Numbered from the stretch's first letter, positions 35,529-51,167 are shown. The stretch is DNA of 64,000 bases from Burkholderiaceae bacterium (GCA_036844405.1 DAIUFU010000001.1:9644-73643); one strand, 5' to 3'. Made by a program: numbers and translations. Notes: a model not told the origin generated them from the sequence alone.

Positions 35529-35561
35529 ATCGCACGGACAGCCCCGTGCAACGAAGGCGCG

Positions 35562-35629
35562 ATTATGCGGCCTGCGGACGCCGCAGGACAAGAACGACGC
35601 CGGGCGGAAGCGGCCGCCGCCCGTACAAT
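35562..35629. promoter_or_regulatory. Divergent sigma70-like -10 boxes for tRNA-Leu (CATAAT, minus) and queA (TACAAT, plus)
   Basis: AT-rich hexamers at 35562-35567 (-) and 35624-35629 (+), each followed by GC-rich sequence. Confidence 0.5.
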
Positions 35630-35761
35630 CGCGGCCAGTTCCTCCGCCAGGGGTCCGAATGCCGCCCGATCATCCGCGTCCGGACGCGTCTTTCGTGCGC
35701 GACGGGTGCGCGCCGCCGATACCCGGAACCGATGGCTTCACGGGCGCGCTCACGAGAGCAG

Positions 35762-37968
<2,207 letters not shown>

Positions 37969-38127
37969 AATTCGAAGAAACTCTCAGGGAAAACCCGATT
38001 ACCGTGTAGACTTCCGGCGCCTTCTCTGTTCCATCCCGACGCCGGCAACCGGACCCGTCGCCCAGCCCGAGAGCGCCCGTCGTCCATGCTCGACACGATT
38101 TCCAGCAGTCCCCGCAGTCCCATCCGG

Positions 38128-38910
38128 ATGACCACGCACTTCGGCAGCAGCTTCTTCGAGCGTTTTTCGCTCGAGCTGGCCACCAGCGACGCACTGCGTG
38201 CGGAAAGCTACCGCCTGCGTCACCGGATCTACGTGCGCGAACTGCAATATGAACGGGCAGAGGACTTTCCGCATGGACTCGAGTTCGACGCCTGGGACGA
38301 GCGGGCGCTGACCGTCCTGCTGCGTCATCGTGCCAGCCGGCAGTTCATCGGCTGCGTTCGCCTGATTACGGCCGACCCGGACGATCCGGCGCAGCCGTTT
38401 CCGTTCGAGACGACGGCCGGCGAACACCTGCCGCAGGCGGCGCAAGGACCGCAGCGGAACCTGGGCACCGCGCCGCGCAAGCGGATCGGCGAAGTGTCGC
38501 GTCTGGCCATCGTGCGTGAATTCCGGCGGCGCTGCGACGACAATGACCCGGATCTGGCTCCGTATCTCGACCCGAGCGGCGCCGGCCCGGACCGGCGCAG
38601 CAGCGAGCGCGTGCCGCCCGCGCTCGGACTGATCTTCTCGGCGACCTGGCTGGGCATCGAGATCGGCCTGGAAGCGGTCTTCGTCATCATGGAGCTGCGC
38701 CTGGCACGCCTGCTGCGTTCGCTGGGCCTGCACTTCACGCAGATTACCGAACCGGTCCAGTTCCGCGGCCTGCGGGCGGCCTTCGAGATCCGCCGCGAAG
38801 CGCTGCTCGGCGACCTGGCGCCACCGCTGCGCGACATCCTCGATCTCGTTCGCTCCCGCGTGCTGGCCCTCGCCCCGGAACGGGCAGTGCTGGCGCCGGT
38901 TCCGGCCTGA
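38128..38910 (+). CDS. Acyltransferase of the LuxI/FeeM-like GNAT fold (PEP-CTERM/exosortase-associated acyltransferase-like)
   Basis: YRLRHRIYVRELQYE, LEFDAWD, GCVRLI, EVSRLAI..EFRRR, MELRLARLL, PVQFRGLRA; alternative start 38086. Confidence 0.78.
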   Translation: MTTHFGSSFFERFSLELATSDALRAESYRLRHRIYVRELQYERAEDFPHGLEFDAWDERALTVLLRHRASRQFIGCVRLITADPDDPAQPFPFETTAGEHLPQAAQGPQRNLGTAPRKRIGEVSRLAIVREFRRRCDDNDPDLAPYLDPSGAGPDRRSSERVPPALGLIFSATWLGIEIGLEAVFVIMELRLARLLRSLGLHFTQITEPVQFRGLRAAFEIRREALLGDLAPPLRDILDLVRSRVLALAPERAVLAPVPA

Positions 38911-39042
38911 TCCGGCGCACACCGCTCCGGCGACGGATGCCCACGATCGCATCCACGCCGATTTCTTCCGGCACCCGTTGCACGCCGCTGTCGTCCGTGG
39001 CAGGAACGGCCGACAGCGCTGCCGGGCACGGACCGGACCGAT

Positions 39043-39051
39043 TGCTATAAT
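39043..39051 (+). promoter_or_regulatory. Extended -10 promoter of yajC-secDF
   Basis: TGcTATAAT upstream of a GGGAG RBS and TTG start. Confidence 0.7.
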
Positions 39052-39077
39052 CGGCGGTTCACTTCGGGAGACACGCC

Positions 39078-39476
39078 TTGCTCATCTCGCCTGCCTATGC
39101 CCAGGCCACGGGTTCGGCCGAACAGCAGATCTTCGGCTTCCTGCCGATCATCCTGATGTTCGTCGTGCTCTATTTCCTGATGATCCGGCCGCAGATGAAG
39201 CGCACCAAGGAGCACAAATCGATGCTCGAGGCGCTCAAGCGCGGCGATGAAGTCGTGACTTCGGGCGGGCTGATCGGTCGCGTGACGAAGGTCGGCGACA
39301 GCCATGTCACGGTCGAAGTGGCGCGCATCGCCGAAGGCCGCAACAACGACACGCCGATCGAGATGCATTTCCAGAAAGGTTCGGTCCAGACCCTGCTGCC
39401 CAACGGCACGATCAAGGCGATCCAGAAGGGAGGTGCTGCGGCGGTGCCGGCCGCGGGCAATGCGACCAAGGCCTGA
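39078..39476 (+). CDS. yajC: Preprotein translocase subunit YajC
   Basis: LYFLMIRPQMKR, GDEVVTSGG; precedes secD. Confidence 0.96.
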   Translation: MLISPAYAQATGSAEQQIFGFLPIILMFVVLYFLMIRPQMKRTKEHKSMLEALKRGDEVVTSGGLIGRVTKVGDSHVTVEVARIAEGRNNDTPIEMHFQKGSVQTLLPNGTIKAIQKGGAAAVPAAGNATKA

Positions 39477-39497
39477 ACATGAACGTCTGAGGCCATC

Positions 39498-41381
39498 GTG
39501 AACCGCTATCCGATCTGGAAATACGCCGTTCTCGCCATTTCGCTGGTGTTCGGTCTGCTGTACACGCTGCCGAACTTCTTCGGCGAGGCGCCGGCGGTCC
39601 AGGTGTCCAGCGGCAAGGCGACGCAGAAAGTCGACGACTCGATGATCGGCCGCGTGAGCGGCATCCTGTCGGAAGCCGGACTGCAGAGTACCGGCGTCTA
39701 TTTCGACGGCAATTCGGTCAAGGCGCGCTTCGCCGACACCGACACCCAGCTGCGCGCCCGTGACGTTCTCGGGCACACGCTGAATCCCGACCCGGCCGAT
39801 CCTTCATGGATCGTTGCACTCAACCTGCTTTCCGACACGCCGCACTGGCTCATTTCGCTGCGCGCGCTGCCGATGTATCTCGGCCTCGACCTGCGCGGCG
39901 GCGTGCACTTCATGCTGCAGGTCGACATGAAGGAAGCGCTGAACAAGCGCATGGACGGACTGGCCAGCGACATCCGCACGCAGTTGCGCGACAAGACCAT
40001 CCGCCACGCCGGCATCGAACGCATCGGCAACACGATCGAGATCCGCTTCCGCGACACGGCGACGCTCGAACGGGCGCGCGGGCTGATCAGCGACAGCTCG
40101 CCCGAACTGGCACTCACCGTGGCCGGCAGCAACAGCGAGCCGAAGCTCGTGGCGAGGTTCCGCGAAGACGCCGCGGCACGCGTACAGCAGAACGCCGTCC
40201 AGCAGAACATCACGACGCTGAGCAACCGCATCAACGAATTGGGCGTGTCCGAGCCGGTGATCCAGCAGCAGGGCGCCGATCGCGTCATCGTGCAACTGCC
40301 GGGGGTGCAGGACACGGCCAAGGCCAAGGACATTCTCGGACGCACGGCCACGCTCGAAGTGCGCATGGTCTGCGAATCACCCGACGAGCTGGCGGCACTG
40401 GCCGCCGGCACCGTGCCGTTCGGCTGCGAGCGCTTCACCGAGCGCGGCGGCCAGCCGATCCTGCTGCGCCGCCAGATCATCCTGACCGGCTCGAACCTGA
40501 ACGACGCCCAGGCAGGCTTCGACTCGCAGACGCAGGAGCCGGCCGTCCACCTGACGCTCGATGCCCGCGGCGCGCGGATCTTCCGCGACGTGACGCGCGA
40601 GAGCATCGGCAAGCGCATGGCGATCGTACTCGTCGAGCGCGGCAAGGGCGAGGTCGTCACTGCACCGGTGATCCGCTCCGAGATCGGTGGCGGCCGCGTG
40701 CAGATCTCCGGCGCGATGACCACGACCGAAGCCAATGACGTCGCGCTGCTGCTGCGCGCCGGGTCGCTGGCCGCACCGATGGAGATCGTCGAGGAACGCA
40801 CGATCGGCCCGAGCCTCGGCGCCGAGAACATCCGCCAGGGCTTTCACTCGACGCTGTGGGGCTTCCTGACGGTGGTCGCCTTCATGGTGCTGTATTACCA
40901 CTTCTTCGGCATCGTTTCGTCGATCGCGCTGTCGGTGAACCTGCTGCTGCTGATCGCCCTGCTGTCGCTGCTGCAGGCCACCCTGACGCTGCCGGGCATT
41001 GCGGCGATCGCGCTCACGCTCGGCATGGCGATCGACGCCAACGTGCTGATCAACGAACGCGTGCGCGAGGAACTGCGCAACGGCGCGACGCCCCAGGCCG
41101 CGATCTCGGCCGGTTACGACAACGCCTGGGCGACGATTCTCGACTCCAACATCACGTCGATGATCGCCGGCATTGCGCTGCTGATCTTCGGTTCCGGCCC
41201 GGTGCGCGGCTTTGCCGTCGTGCACGTGCTCGGCCTGACGACGTCGATGTTCTCGGCCGTGTTCTTCTCGCGCGGCCTGGTCAACCTCTGGTACGGACGC
41301 CGGCGCAGGCTGTCCGCCGTATCGGTCGGACAGGTCTGGCGTCCGCCGACCAGTGCCGGCGTGCCGGCGCGACGCGGCTGA
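39498..41381 (+). CDS. secD: Protein translocase subunit SecD
   Basis: MNRYP.WKY, LGLDLRGGVHF, RINELGVSEP, LRAGSLAAP, GMAIDANVLINER. Confidence 0.97.
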   Translation: MNRYPIWKYAVLAISLVFGLLYTLPNFFGEAPAVQVSSGKATQKVDDSMIGRVSGILSEAGLQSTGVYFDGNSVKARFADTDTQLRARDVLGHTLNPDPADPSWIVALNLLSDTPHWLISLRALPMYLGLDLRGGVHFMLQVDMKEALNKRMDGLASDIRTQLRDKTIRHAGIERIGNTIEIRFRDTATLERARGLISDSSPELALTVAGSNSEPKLVARFREDAAARVQQNAVQQNITTLSNRINELGVSEPVIQQQGADRVIVQLPGVQDTAKAKDILGRTATLEVRMVCESPDELAALAAGTVPFGCERFTERGGQPILLRRQIILTGSNLNDAQAGFDSQTQEPAVHLTLDARGARIFRDVTRESIGKRMAIVLVERGKGEVVTAPVIRSEIGGGRVQISGAMTTTEANDVALLLRAGSLAAPMEIVEERTIGPSLGAENIRQGFHSTLWGFLTVVAFMVLYYHFFGIVSSIALSVNLLLLIALLSLLQATLTLPGIAAIALTLGMAIDANVLINERVREELRNGATPQAAISAGYDNAWATILDSNITSMIAGIALLIFGSGPVRGFAVVHVLGLTTSMFSAVFFSRGLVNLWYGRRRRLSAVSVGQVWRPPTSAGVPARRG

Positions 41382-41397
41382 GCGCGGGGCAACGACG

Positions 41398-42342
41398 ATG
41401 GAATTCTTCCGCATCCACCGCGACATCCCGTTCATGCGCCATGCGCGCATCCTGAACGCGGTTTCGGTCGTGATGTTCCTGCTGGCCGTCGGTTTTCTCG
41501 CCGTGCGCGGCCTGAACCTGTCCGTCGAATTCACCGGCGGCACGGTGATGGAAGTGCACTATGACGAGAGCACGGATCTGCAGAAGATCCGGGCGACGAT
41601 CGATGCGCTCGGCTACAACGACACCCAGGTGCAGAATTTCGGCACTTCGCGCGACGTGCTGATCCGTCTGCCGAGCGCCGAAGGCAGCGGCAAGAGCTAC
41701 ACCGAGCAGAGCGACGAGGTCATGGCGGCGCTGAAGGCTGCCCAGCCCGACGCCACGCTGCAGCGCGTCGAGTTCATCGGCCCGCAGGTCGGACGCGAAC
41801 TCTTCACCGACGGGGCGATGGCGCTGCTGTTCGTGGTCGTCGGCATCATCATCTATCTGTCGATCCGCTTCGAATGGAAGTTCGCGATCGCCGCGATCAT
41901 CGCGAATCTGCACGACGTCGTCATCATTCTCGGCTTCTTCGCCGCCTTCCAGTGGGAGTTCTCGCTGTCGGTGCTGGCCGCCGTACTGGCCGTGCTCGGC
42001 TACTCGGTGAACGAGTCGGTGATCATCTTCGACCGGATCCGCGAATATTTCCGCAAGATCCGCAAGCTCGACACGCCGCACCTGATCGACAAGGCGATCA
42101 CCAGCACGATTTCGCGCACGATCATCACGCACGGGTCGACGCAGGTAATGGTGCTGTCGATGCTGATCTTTGGCGGGCCGACCCTGCACTATTTCGCCGT
42201 GGCACTGACCATCGGCATCCTGTTCGGCATCTATTCTTCAGTATTCGTGGCCGCGGCCATCGCCATGTGGCTCGGGGTCAAGCGCGAGGATCTGGTCAAG
42301 CCGGTGCGGCGCAAGGACGACGGCCAGCCCGAACTGCCCTGA
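41398..42342 (+). CDS. secF: Protein translocase subunit SecF
   Basis: MEFFRI.RDIPFM, EFTGG, GYSVNESVIIFDRIRE, GIYSS. Confidence 0.97.
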   Translation: MEFFRIHRDIPFMRHARILNAVSVVMFLLAVGFLAVRGLNLSVEFTGGTVMEVHYDESTDLQKIRATIDALGYNDTQVQNFGTSRDVLIRLPSAEGSGKSYTEQSDEVMAALKAAQPDATLQRVEFIGPQVGRELFTDGAMALLFVVVGIIIYLSIRFEWKFAIAAIIANLHDVVIILGFFAAFQWEFSLSVLAAVLAVLGYSVNESVIIFDRIREYFRKIRKLDTPHLIDKAITSTISRTIITHGSTQVMVLSMLIFGGPTLHYFAVALTIGILFGIYSSVFVAAAIAMWLGVKREDLVKPVRRKDDGQPELP

Positions 42343-42362
42343 CGCACCGGGGAGGGTGCGGT

Positions 42363-44139
<1,777 letters not shown>

Positions 44140-44163
44140 GGCCGCCCGTTTTGCGGCGACGTC

Positions 44164-44772
44164 ATGAAGCTCATCGGTTCGACATCGAGTCCGTACGTTC
44201 GCAAGGTGCGCGTCGTACTTGCGGAAAAGAAAATCGAATACCAGTATGAACTGGACGATGTCTGGTCGCCGGAATCCCGGCTGCGGACGCTCAATCCGCT
44301 CGGCCAGGTGCCGACCCTGGTCATGGACGACGGCGGCGCGCTGTTCGATTCCAGTGTCATCGCCGAATACCTCGACAACCTGACCCCGGTGCACCGGCTG
44401 GTGCCGCCGAACGGTCGCTCGCGCATCGAGGTCAAGATCTGGGAAGTGCTCGGCGACGGCCTGCTCGATGCCGCGCTGCTGGTGCGGCTCGAACAGACGC
44501 TGCGCACCGAGGCCCAGCGCAGCCCAACCTGGATCGCACGCCAGATGTCGAAGATCGAGGGCGCGCTGCAATCGATGTCGAACATGCTGGCCGACAAGGC
44601 CTGGTGCGTGGACGGCCGTTATTCGCTGGCCGACATCTCGCTGGGCTGTACGCTCGGCTATCTCGACTTCCGTTTCCCGGCACTGGGCTGGCGCGCGCAA
44701 TTCTCGAATCTGGCCCGCCACGCGGAAAAACTGTTCGATCGTCCGAGCTTCCAGGAAACGGAACTCAGTTGA
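44164..44772 (+). CDS. Glutathione S-transferase family protein
   Basis: [37 protein letters not shown]. Confidence 0.95.
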   Translation: MKLIGSTSSPYVRKVRVVLAEKKIEYQYELDDVWSPESRLRTLNPLGQVPTLVMDDGGALFDSSVIAEYLDNLTPVHRLVPPNGRSRIEVKIWEVLGDGLLDAALLVRLEQTLRTEAQRSPTWIARQMSKIEGALQSMSNMLADKAWCVDGRYSLADISLGCTLGYLDFRFPALGWRAQFSNLARHAEKLFDRPSFQETELS

Positions 44773-45904
44773 GCACGGCCTCGGCCGGCGTCCCTGCCCG
44801 CTCCGGCTTCGGCCCGCGTTCCGCCACCTCGATCACGCCACCGCCGAGACACACTTCACCCTGGTACAGCACGGCGCTCTGGCCGGGTGTCACGGCCCAC
44901 TGCGGCTGCGCAAAGTGCAGACGGAAGCCTCCCGGGGCCACCTCTGCGAGCGTGCAGCGCGCGTCCTGCTGCCGATAGCGCGTCTTCGCACTGAGCGAGC
45001 CGTCATCGTGCGGCGCGCTGCCGGCGATCCAGTGTGCATCGATGGCATGCAGACGCGTCGCGTGCAGGGCCGGATGCGCATGCCCCTGGACGACGATCAG
45101 CGCGTTGCGCGCCATGTCCTTGCGCGCGACAAACCACGGCTCGCCGCTGCCGGCACGCGTGCCGCCGATGCGCAGGCCCTTGCGCTGACCGATCGTGTGA
45201 AAGGCCAGTCCCTGATGCTCGCCGATCACGTCACCGCTGTCGGTTTCGATCGGACCCGGCCGGGTCGGCAGATAACGGCCGAGAAACTCGCGGAACGGAC
45301 GCTCGCCGATGAAGCAGATGCCGGTCGAATCCTTGCGTGCCGCATTGGGCAGGCCGATCGAACGCGCCATCTCGCGCACCTGGCGCTTATCGAACGCACC
45401 AAGCGGAAACCAGGTGCGTGACAGCTGTTCCTGTGTCAGGCGGTGCAGGAAATAGCTCTGGTCCTTGCTCGCATCGACGCCACGCAGCAGTTCGAAAAGC
45501 CCCCGGTCGCCGCGGCGCACGCGCGCGTAATGCCCGGTCGCGATCCGTTCCGCACCCAGCGCCATCGCATGGTCGAGAAATGCGCGGAACTTGATTTCGG
45601 CGTTGCACAGCACGTCGGGGTTGGGGGTACGACCGGCTGCGTATTCGCGCAGGAATTCGCTGAACACGCGCTCGCGATACTCGGCGGCAAAATTCACGGC
45701 CTCGATCTCGATCCCGAGCACGTCCGCCACGCTCGCCGCCGTGACCCAGTCTTCGCGCGCCGTGCACTCGTCGTCGTCTTCCCAGTTCTTCATGAACAGG
45801 CCGATGACTTCGTATCCCTGCTCGCGCAGCAGCCACGCGGCCACGGACGAATCGACGCCGCCGGACATGCCGACCACTACCCGACGAGAAACCTGTGCAG
45901 ACAT
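44765..45904 (-). CDS. mnmA: tRNA 2-thiouridylase
   Basis: [54 protein letters not shown]. Confidence 0.97.
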   Translation of the reverse strand: MSAQVSRRVVVGMSGGVDSSVAAWLLREQGYEVIGLFMKNWEDDDECTAREDWVTAASVADVLGIEIEAVNFAAEYRERVFSEFLREYAAGRTPNPDVLCNAEIKFRAFLDHAMALGAERIATGHYARVRRGDRGLFELLRGVDASKDQSYFLHRLTQEQLSRTWFPLGAFDKRQVREMARSIGLPNAARKDSTGICFIGERPFREFLGRYLPTRPGPIETDSGDVIGEHQGLAFHTIGQRKGLRIGGTRAGSGEPWFVARKDMARNALIVVQGHAHPALHATRLHAIDAHWIAGSAPHDDGSLSAKTRYRQQDARCTLAEVAPGGFRLHFAQPQWAVTPGQSAVLYQGEVCLGGGVIEVAERGPKPERAGTPAEAVLN

Positions 45905-46161
45905 CGCCCGATCATAATCCAGCCAGCCCCGGAACGTGCACCGCCAGCGGCCGTTCCGGCCGTGCCCGCACCATTGCCGGACGGCGGCCCCGATCCGGCG
46001 CCACACGGACGCCCGCGTCCGGATCCGCTGTGGATCAAGTTTTCGGGGCTTTGCTATCGGACCTTCCCTTACAATACCCCCGCTGCCTGGAACAGCGCCC
46101 GGTCGCGGGTCGTCGTTCCCGTCATCGAGCTGCCTCTTACCGGAATCGCCGAGGAAACCGA

Positions 46162-47277
46162 ATGCGCATAGGCGTACCTGCAGAAACCCGCCCGGGCGAA
46201 GCACGGGTGGCGGCCACCGCCGAAACCGTCAAGAAACTGGTCGCGGCCGGCCATGAACTGCTTGTCGAACGCAATGCCGGCCTGGTGGCCGGCCAGACCG
46301 ATGAAGCCTACGGGACTGCCGGCGCGACCCTGGTCGATGCTGCACAGGCGCTGTCGGCCGATCTGGTGCTGAAAGTCCGCTCACCATCGGCGGATGAGCT
46401 GGCGGCGATGAAGCGCGGCGGCGCCCTCGTGGGCATGCTCGAACCCTTCGACCGCGACGGCCTGCAGCGGCTGGCCGACGCCGGACTGACTGCCTTCGCA
46501 CTGGAAGCGGCACCGCGCACGACGCGCGCGCAAAGCATGGACGTGCTGTCGTCACAGGCCAACATCGCCGGCTACAAGGCGGTGATCCTCGCGGCCAATG
46601 CCTATCAGCGCTTCTTCCCGATGCTGATGACCGCCGCCGGCACGGTGAAGGCGGCACGCGTCGTCATTCTCGGCGCCGGTGTCGCCGGTCTGCAGGCGAT
46701 CGCGACCGCCAAGCGCCTGGGCGCGGTGATCGAAGCCTCGGATGTGCGCCCGGCGGTGAAGGAACAGGTCGAGTCGCTCGGCGCGAAGTTCATCGACGTG
46801 CCTTACGAGACCGACGAAGAACGCGAGATCGCACAGGGCGTGGGCGGTTATGCGCGCCCGATGCCCGAGAGCTGGATGAAACGCCAGGCGGCTGCGGTGG
46901 CCGAGCGCATCCGTCAGGCCGACGTCGTCATCACCACCGCGCTGATCCCGGGCCGGCCGGCGCCCGTACTGGTGACCGAGGAAATGGTGCGGTCGATGAA
47001 GCCGGGTTCGGTCATTGTCGATCTGGCCGTCGAGCAGGGCGGCAACTGCCCGCTGTCCGAGGCCGGCCAGACCGTGATCAGGCATGGCGTGACGCTGATC
47101 GGGCAGACCAACCTGCCGGCCAGCGTCGCAGCCGATGCCTCGGCACTGTATGCGCGCAATGTCTTCGACTTCCTGAAGCTCGTGCTGACGAAGGAAGACA
47201 CCCTGCACATCGACCTGGAAGACGACATCGTCAAGGCCTGCCTGATGTGTCGCGATGGTCAGTTGCTGCGCACCTGA
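46162..47277 (+). CDS. pntAA: NAD(P) transhydrogenase subunit alpha, part 1 (dI)
   Basis: [44 protein letters not shown]. Confidence 0.96.
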   Translation: MRIGVPAETRPGEARVAATAETVKKLVAAGHELLVERNAGLVAGQTDEAYGTAGATLVDAAQALSADLVLKVRSPSADELAAMKRGGALVGMLEPFDRDGLQRLADAGLTAFALEAAPRTTRAQSMDVLSSQANIAGYKAVILAANAYQRFFPMLMTAAGTVKAARVVILGAGVAGLQAIATAKRLGAVIEASDVRPAVKEQVESLGAKFIDVPYETDEEREIAQGVGGYARPMPESWMKRQAAAVAERIRQADVVITTALIPGRPAPVLVTEEMVRSMKPGSVIVDLAVEQGGNCPLSEAGQTVIRHGVTLIGQTNLPASVAADASALYARNVFDFLKLVLTKEDTLHIDLEDDIVKACLMCRDGQLLRT

Positions 47278-47332
47278 TCCCGACCGCGGTGCCTCACGAT
47301 CCACCCCAACGACCGACAGCGGAACGAAACCG

Positions 47333-47674
47333 ATGGAAGCGATCTCTCCCACCGTCATCAATCTCACGATTTTCGTGCTCGCCGTCTACGTCGGCTACCA
47401 CGTCGTCTGGAACGTCACGCCGGCGCTGCACACGCCGCTGATGGCGGTGACGAACGCGATCTCGGCCATCGTCATCGTCGGCGCGATGCTGGCCGCCGCG
47501 CTCACCGAGACGGGTCTCGGCCGGTTCATGGGCGTGGCCGCGGTGGCACTGGCCTCGGTCAACGTCTTCGGCGGCTTTCTGGTCACGCGGCGCATGCTCG
47601 AGATGTTCCGCAAGAAGGAACCGCGAGCGCGCACGGCCGACAAGGCACAGGCCAGCGCCGGAGGCGCGAAATGA
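47333..47674 (+). CDS. pntAB: NAD(P) transhydrogenase subunit alpha, part 2
   Basis: [31 protein letters not shown]. Confidence 0.96.
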   Translation: MEAISPTVINLTIFVLAVYVGYHVVWNVTPALHTPLMAVTNAISAIVIVGAMLAAALTETGLGRFMGVAAVALASVNVFGGFLVTRRMLEMFRKKEPRARTADKAQASAGGAK

Positions 47675-49101
47675 CGCTGAGCCTGAATACCGTCGTCCTG
47701 CTCTACCTGGTTGCCTCGGTCTGCTTCATCCAGGCGCTCAAGGGACTGTCGCACCCTACCACTTCGCGCCGCGGCAACACGTTCGGCATGGTCGGCATGG
47801 CGATCGCCGTGCTGACCACGCTGGCGCTGCTGGCCGAACTCGGTGCCACCGGAATGGGCTTTTCCCGGATCGCGCTCGGCGTGATCATCGGCGGGGTCTT
47901 CGGCACGCTGCTGGCGCAGCGCGTCGAAATGACGAAAATGCCCGAGCTGATCGCGTTCATGCACTCGATGATCGGTCTGGCGGCCGTGTTCATCGCGATC
48001 GCCGCCGTGGCCGAACCGTGGGCATTCAACATCGTCGCGCACGGCGAACCGATCCCGATGGGCAACCGGCTGGAACTGTTCATCGGCACCTTCGTCGGCG
48101 CGATCACCTTCTCCGGTTCGGTGATCGCTTTCGGCAAGCTGTCGGGCAAGTACAAGTTCCGTCTGTTCCAGGGTGCGCCGGTGGTCTTCCCCGGCCAGCA
48201 TCTGCTCAATCTGGTGCTCGCGCTGGCGATGGTCGGCTTCGGCCTGTGGTTTTATTTCACGCAGCAGTGGACGCCGTTCTGGATCATGACGATCCTCGCT
48301 TTCGTGCTCGGCGTGCTGATCATCATCCCGATCGGCGGCGCCGACATGCCGGTGGTGATCTCGATGCTCAACAGCTACTCGGGCTGGGCGGCGGCCGGCA
48401 TCGGCTTCTCGCTGCAGAACAGCATGCTGATCATCGCCGGCTCGCTGGTGGGCTCGTCGGGCGCGATCCTGTCGTACATCATGTGCCGGGCGATGAACCG
48501 CTCGTTCTTCAACGTGATCCTGGGTGGCTTTGGCAGCGACCCGAGCGCGGGCGGCGCCGCGGGGGCCACCGAACAGCGTCCGGTGAAGTCGGGCTCGCCC
48601 GATGACGCCGCGTTCCTGATGAGCAATGCCGACACCGTGATCATCGTGCCCGGCTACGGACTGGCGGTGGCGCGTGCGCAGCACCCGCTCAAGGAACTTA
48701 CCGACAAGCTGGTGGCGCACGGCGTGCAGGTGCGCTACGCGATCCACCCGGTGGCCGGACGCATGCCGGGGCACATGAACGTGCTGCTGGCCGAGGCCGA
48801 GGTGCCGTACGACCAGGTCTTCGAGATGGAGGACATCAATCCGGAGTTCGGCGACACCGACGTCGTGCTCGTGCTCGGCGCCAACGACGTCGTCAACCCG
48901 GCCGCCAGGGATCCGAAGTCGCCCATTGCCGGCATGCCGATCCTCGAGGCCTTCAAGGCACGCCAGGTCATCGTCAACAAGCGCTCGATGGCCTCCGGCT
49001 ACGCCGGACTGGACAATGAGCTGTTCTACATGGACAAGACCATGATGGTCTTCGGCGACGCGAAGAAAGTCGTCGAGGACATGGTCAAGGCCATCGAATA
49101 G
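47671..49101 (+). CDS. pntB: NAD(P) transhydrogenase subunit beta
   Basis: [54 protein letters not shown]. Confidence 0.97.
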   Translation: MTLSLNTVVLLYLVASVCFIQALKGLSHPTTSRRGNTFGMVGMAIAVLTTLALLAELGATGMGFSRIALGVIIGGVFGTLLAQRVEMTKMPELIAFMHSMIGLAAVFIAIAAVAEPWAFNIVAHGEPIPMGNRLELFIGTFVGAITFSGSVIAFGKLSGKYKFRLFQGAPVVFPGQHLLNLVLALAMVGFGLWFYFTQQWTPFWIMTILAFVLGVLIIIPIGGADMPVVISMLNSYSGWAAAGIGFSLQNSMLIIAGSLVGSSGAILSYIMCRAMNRSFFNVILGGFGSDPSAGGAAGATEQRPVKSGSPDDAAFLMSNADTVIIVPGYGLAVARAQHPLKELTDKLVAHGVQVRYAIHPVAGRMPGHMNVLLAEAEVPYDQVFEMEDINPEFGDTDVVLVLGANDVVNPAARDPKSPIAGMPILEAFKARQVIVNKRSMASGYAGLDNELFYMDKTMMVFGDAKKVVEDMVKAIE

Positions 49102-49112
49102 GCTGACAGCCG

Positions 49113-49820
49113 ATGACGCGCCGCCGTGTGCTGCGTGCCGCCGGTGTGCTCGGGCTGGCCGCCCTGCTGCCGGCCTGTGCCACGCAACGCTTCGAGGCGC
49201 CGGGCGAGGGCCGGCCAGCCGCAGTGCCCGTGCCGCAACCCGGCCAGCGCTGGCGCTACGCCGAGATCGATCTGTACCGGAACGCGCAGCGCGACGAGCT
49301 GGACCTGCACTGTACCGTCTCCGTGCCCGGCGAAATCCGCATTGCCGGCACCCGCGCAAACGGACAGCGGCGCGAGGATGAGGTCTGGCGCGATGCGGCG
49401 CACATCGTCGAAGACCCATCCTGGGGCATGCTGCAGATCTTCGCGCAACCCGTCCCGGTCCTCCCGGTTCCGTTGCGGGTCGGTATGCGGCAGCACATGC
49501 GCACGTTCTGGCACACGAGAGAGGACCCCGACTTCCCGCTGTGGTGGGACGACTCGCTCAGCGCACCCGGCTGGCAGCGGATACGCGTTCCGGCCGGCGA
49601 ATTCCTGGCACTGCGCATCGAGCGTCTGATCCGCTTCCGGCACGCCGACATCTGGCGCCTTGGCTGCGAACGCGCCGACACCTGCTGGTATGTACCGGAA
49701 CTGCGCCGCTGGGCGGCGCGGGAATGGACCGGGGAATGGCGCATGCCCGATGAAAAGGGCACGATCGTCGAGGAAGATCGCGTGCGCTGGGAACTGCTGG
49801 AGGCGCAACCGGCGTCCTGA
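49113..49820 (+). CDS. Hypothetical lipoprotein, possibly Tat-exported
   Basis: TRRRVL twin-Arg, hydrophobic stretch, LPAC lipobox; RVPAGEF motif; 11 nt after pntB. Confidence 0.72.
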   Translation: MTRRRVLRAAGVLGLAALLPACATQRFEAPGEGRPAAVPVPQPGQRWRYAEIDLYRNAQRDELDLHCTVSVPGEIRIAGTRANGQRREDEVWRDAAHIVEDPSWGMLQIFAQPVPVLPVPLRVGMRQHMRTFWHTREDPDFPLWWDDSLSAPGWQRIRVPAGEFLALRIERLIRFRHADIWRLGCERADTCWYVPELRRWAAREWTGEWRMPDEKGTIVEEDRVRWELLEAQPAS

Positions 49821-49925
49821 GGACGGGTCAGGCAATCATCCACACCCGTCCTGACAGGCCTTCCGGATGCGGCGGATCGCTTCGCCCGTTCCGGGGGGAT
49901 TCGCTCCCCGGAATCCCGGGGCACC

Positions 49926-51167
49926 TCACGCGTTCAGCGCCTCGTCGAGCCATTCGATCCAGTGTCGCACCGGCGTATCGGTGCCGGCCTGCAGATGCGC
50001 GATGCAGCCGATGTTGGCCGACAGGATCTGTTCCGGCCGGCTGCCCTGCAGTGCCGTCAGCTTGTTGCTGCGCAACTGCCTCGACAGCGCCGGCTGCAGC
50101 ACCGAATACGTGCCCGCCGATCCGCAGCACAGATGCCCGTCCGGCACGACGGCCGGCGTCACGCCGACCGAAGCGAGCCAGCGCTCGACCGCGCCGCGGA
50201 TCTGCTGGCCGTGCTGCAGTGTGCACGGTGCATGAAAGACCAGCCGTGACGGAACCGCACCACGTGCCAGCGCGGCGCGAATGCGATCCGTCTGCCCGGC
50301 CAGTTCAGCGGGCAGCCACTCGGCCGGGTCGCGCGTCGCGTCGACGATGCGCCGGGCCTTGTCGGCCCAGGCCGGATCGGCGCGCAGCAGATGCGCATAT
50401 TCCTTGACCATCGCGCCGCAGCCCGAGGCATTGACGAGCACGACCTCGACGCCGGCTTCCAGGTGCGGCAACCAGGCGTCGATGTTGCGGCGCGCTTCGG
50501 CCAGCGCGCCTTCGGTATCGTTCAGATGGTGGCGGATGGCGCCGCAGCAGCCCGAACGCGCTTCGACGATCGCCTCGATGCCGAGGTGATCGAGCACCCT
50601 CGCCGTTGCCGCATCGATGGACGGCAGCATGGCCGGTTGCGTACAGCCGTTGAGCAGCAATACCTTGCGCGCATGGTGCCGCACCGGCCAGACGCCGGGC
50701 GCACGCCGCACCGGAACCTTGTCGCGCAGGAAGGCCGGCAACAGCGGCCGCACGAACTGCCCGAGACGCATGGCCGGATCGAACAGCCGACGCCGCGTCA
50801 GCGTCTCGCGCAACAGCCAGCGCACGAGACGCTCGTGCCGCGGCCGGCGTACCTGTCGTTCGACAAACTTGCGCCCGACGTCGACCAGATGACCATATTC
50901 GACGCCGGATGGGCACGTGGTCTCGCAGTTGCGGCAGGTCAGGCAACGATCCAGGTGCGCCAGCGTCGAACGCGTCGGCGCCGTGCCCTCGAGCACCTGT
51001 TTCATCAGATAGATGCGACCGCGCGGGCTGTCGCGCTCGTCGCCCGTCAGCAGATAGGTCGGGCAGGTCGCCAGGCAGAAGCCGCAATGCACGCAGCGGC
51101 GCAGGTTCTCCCCGGCGTCTTCACCGTCGGGCGTGCCGGCGAGCCAGTCGGCCAGGTGCGTTTCCAC
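49926..51167 (-). CDS. glcF: Glycolate oxidase iron-sulfur subunit
   Basis: CVHCGFCLATCPTY, CLTCRNCETTCPSGV, CCG domains, CCGSAGTYS. Confidence 0.96.
   Translation of the reverse strand: METHLADWLAGTPDGEDAGENLRRCVHCGFCLATCPTYLLTGDERDSPRGRIYLMKQVLEGTAPTRSTLAHLDRCLTCRNCETTCPSGVEYGHLVDVGRKFVERQVRRPRHERLVRWLLRETLTRRRLFDPAMRLGQFVRPLLPAFLRDKVPVRRAPGVWPVRHHARKVLLLNGCTQPAMLPSIDAATARVLDHLGIEAIVEARSGCCGAIRHHLNDTEGALAEARRNIDAWLPHLEAGVEVVLVNASGCGAMVKEYAHLLRADPAWADKARRIVDATRDPAEWLPAELAGQTDRIRAALARGAVPSRLVFHAPCTLQHGQQIRGAVERWLASVGVTPAVVPDGHLCCGSAGTYSVLQPALSRQLRSNKLTALQGSRPEQILSANIGCIAHLQAGTDTPVRHWIEWLDEALNA

Noticed and set aside
35444..35761. N-terminal extensions of queA and cvrA in the ORF track
   Set aside because: They overlap the tRNA and promoters; homology begins at 35762 (queA) and 35391 (cvrA).
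46162..47674. pntA split as a frameshift or pseudogene
   Set aside because: Split alpha1/alpha2 is a normal transhydrogenase architecture, and both parts are intact.
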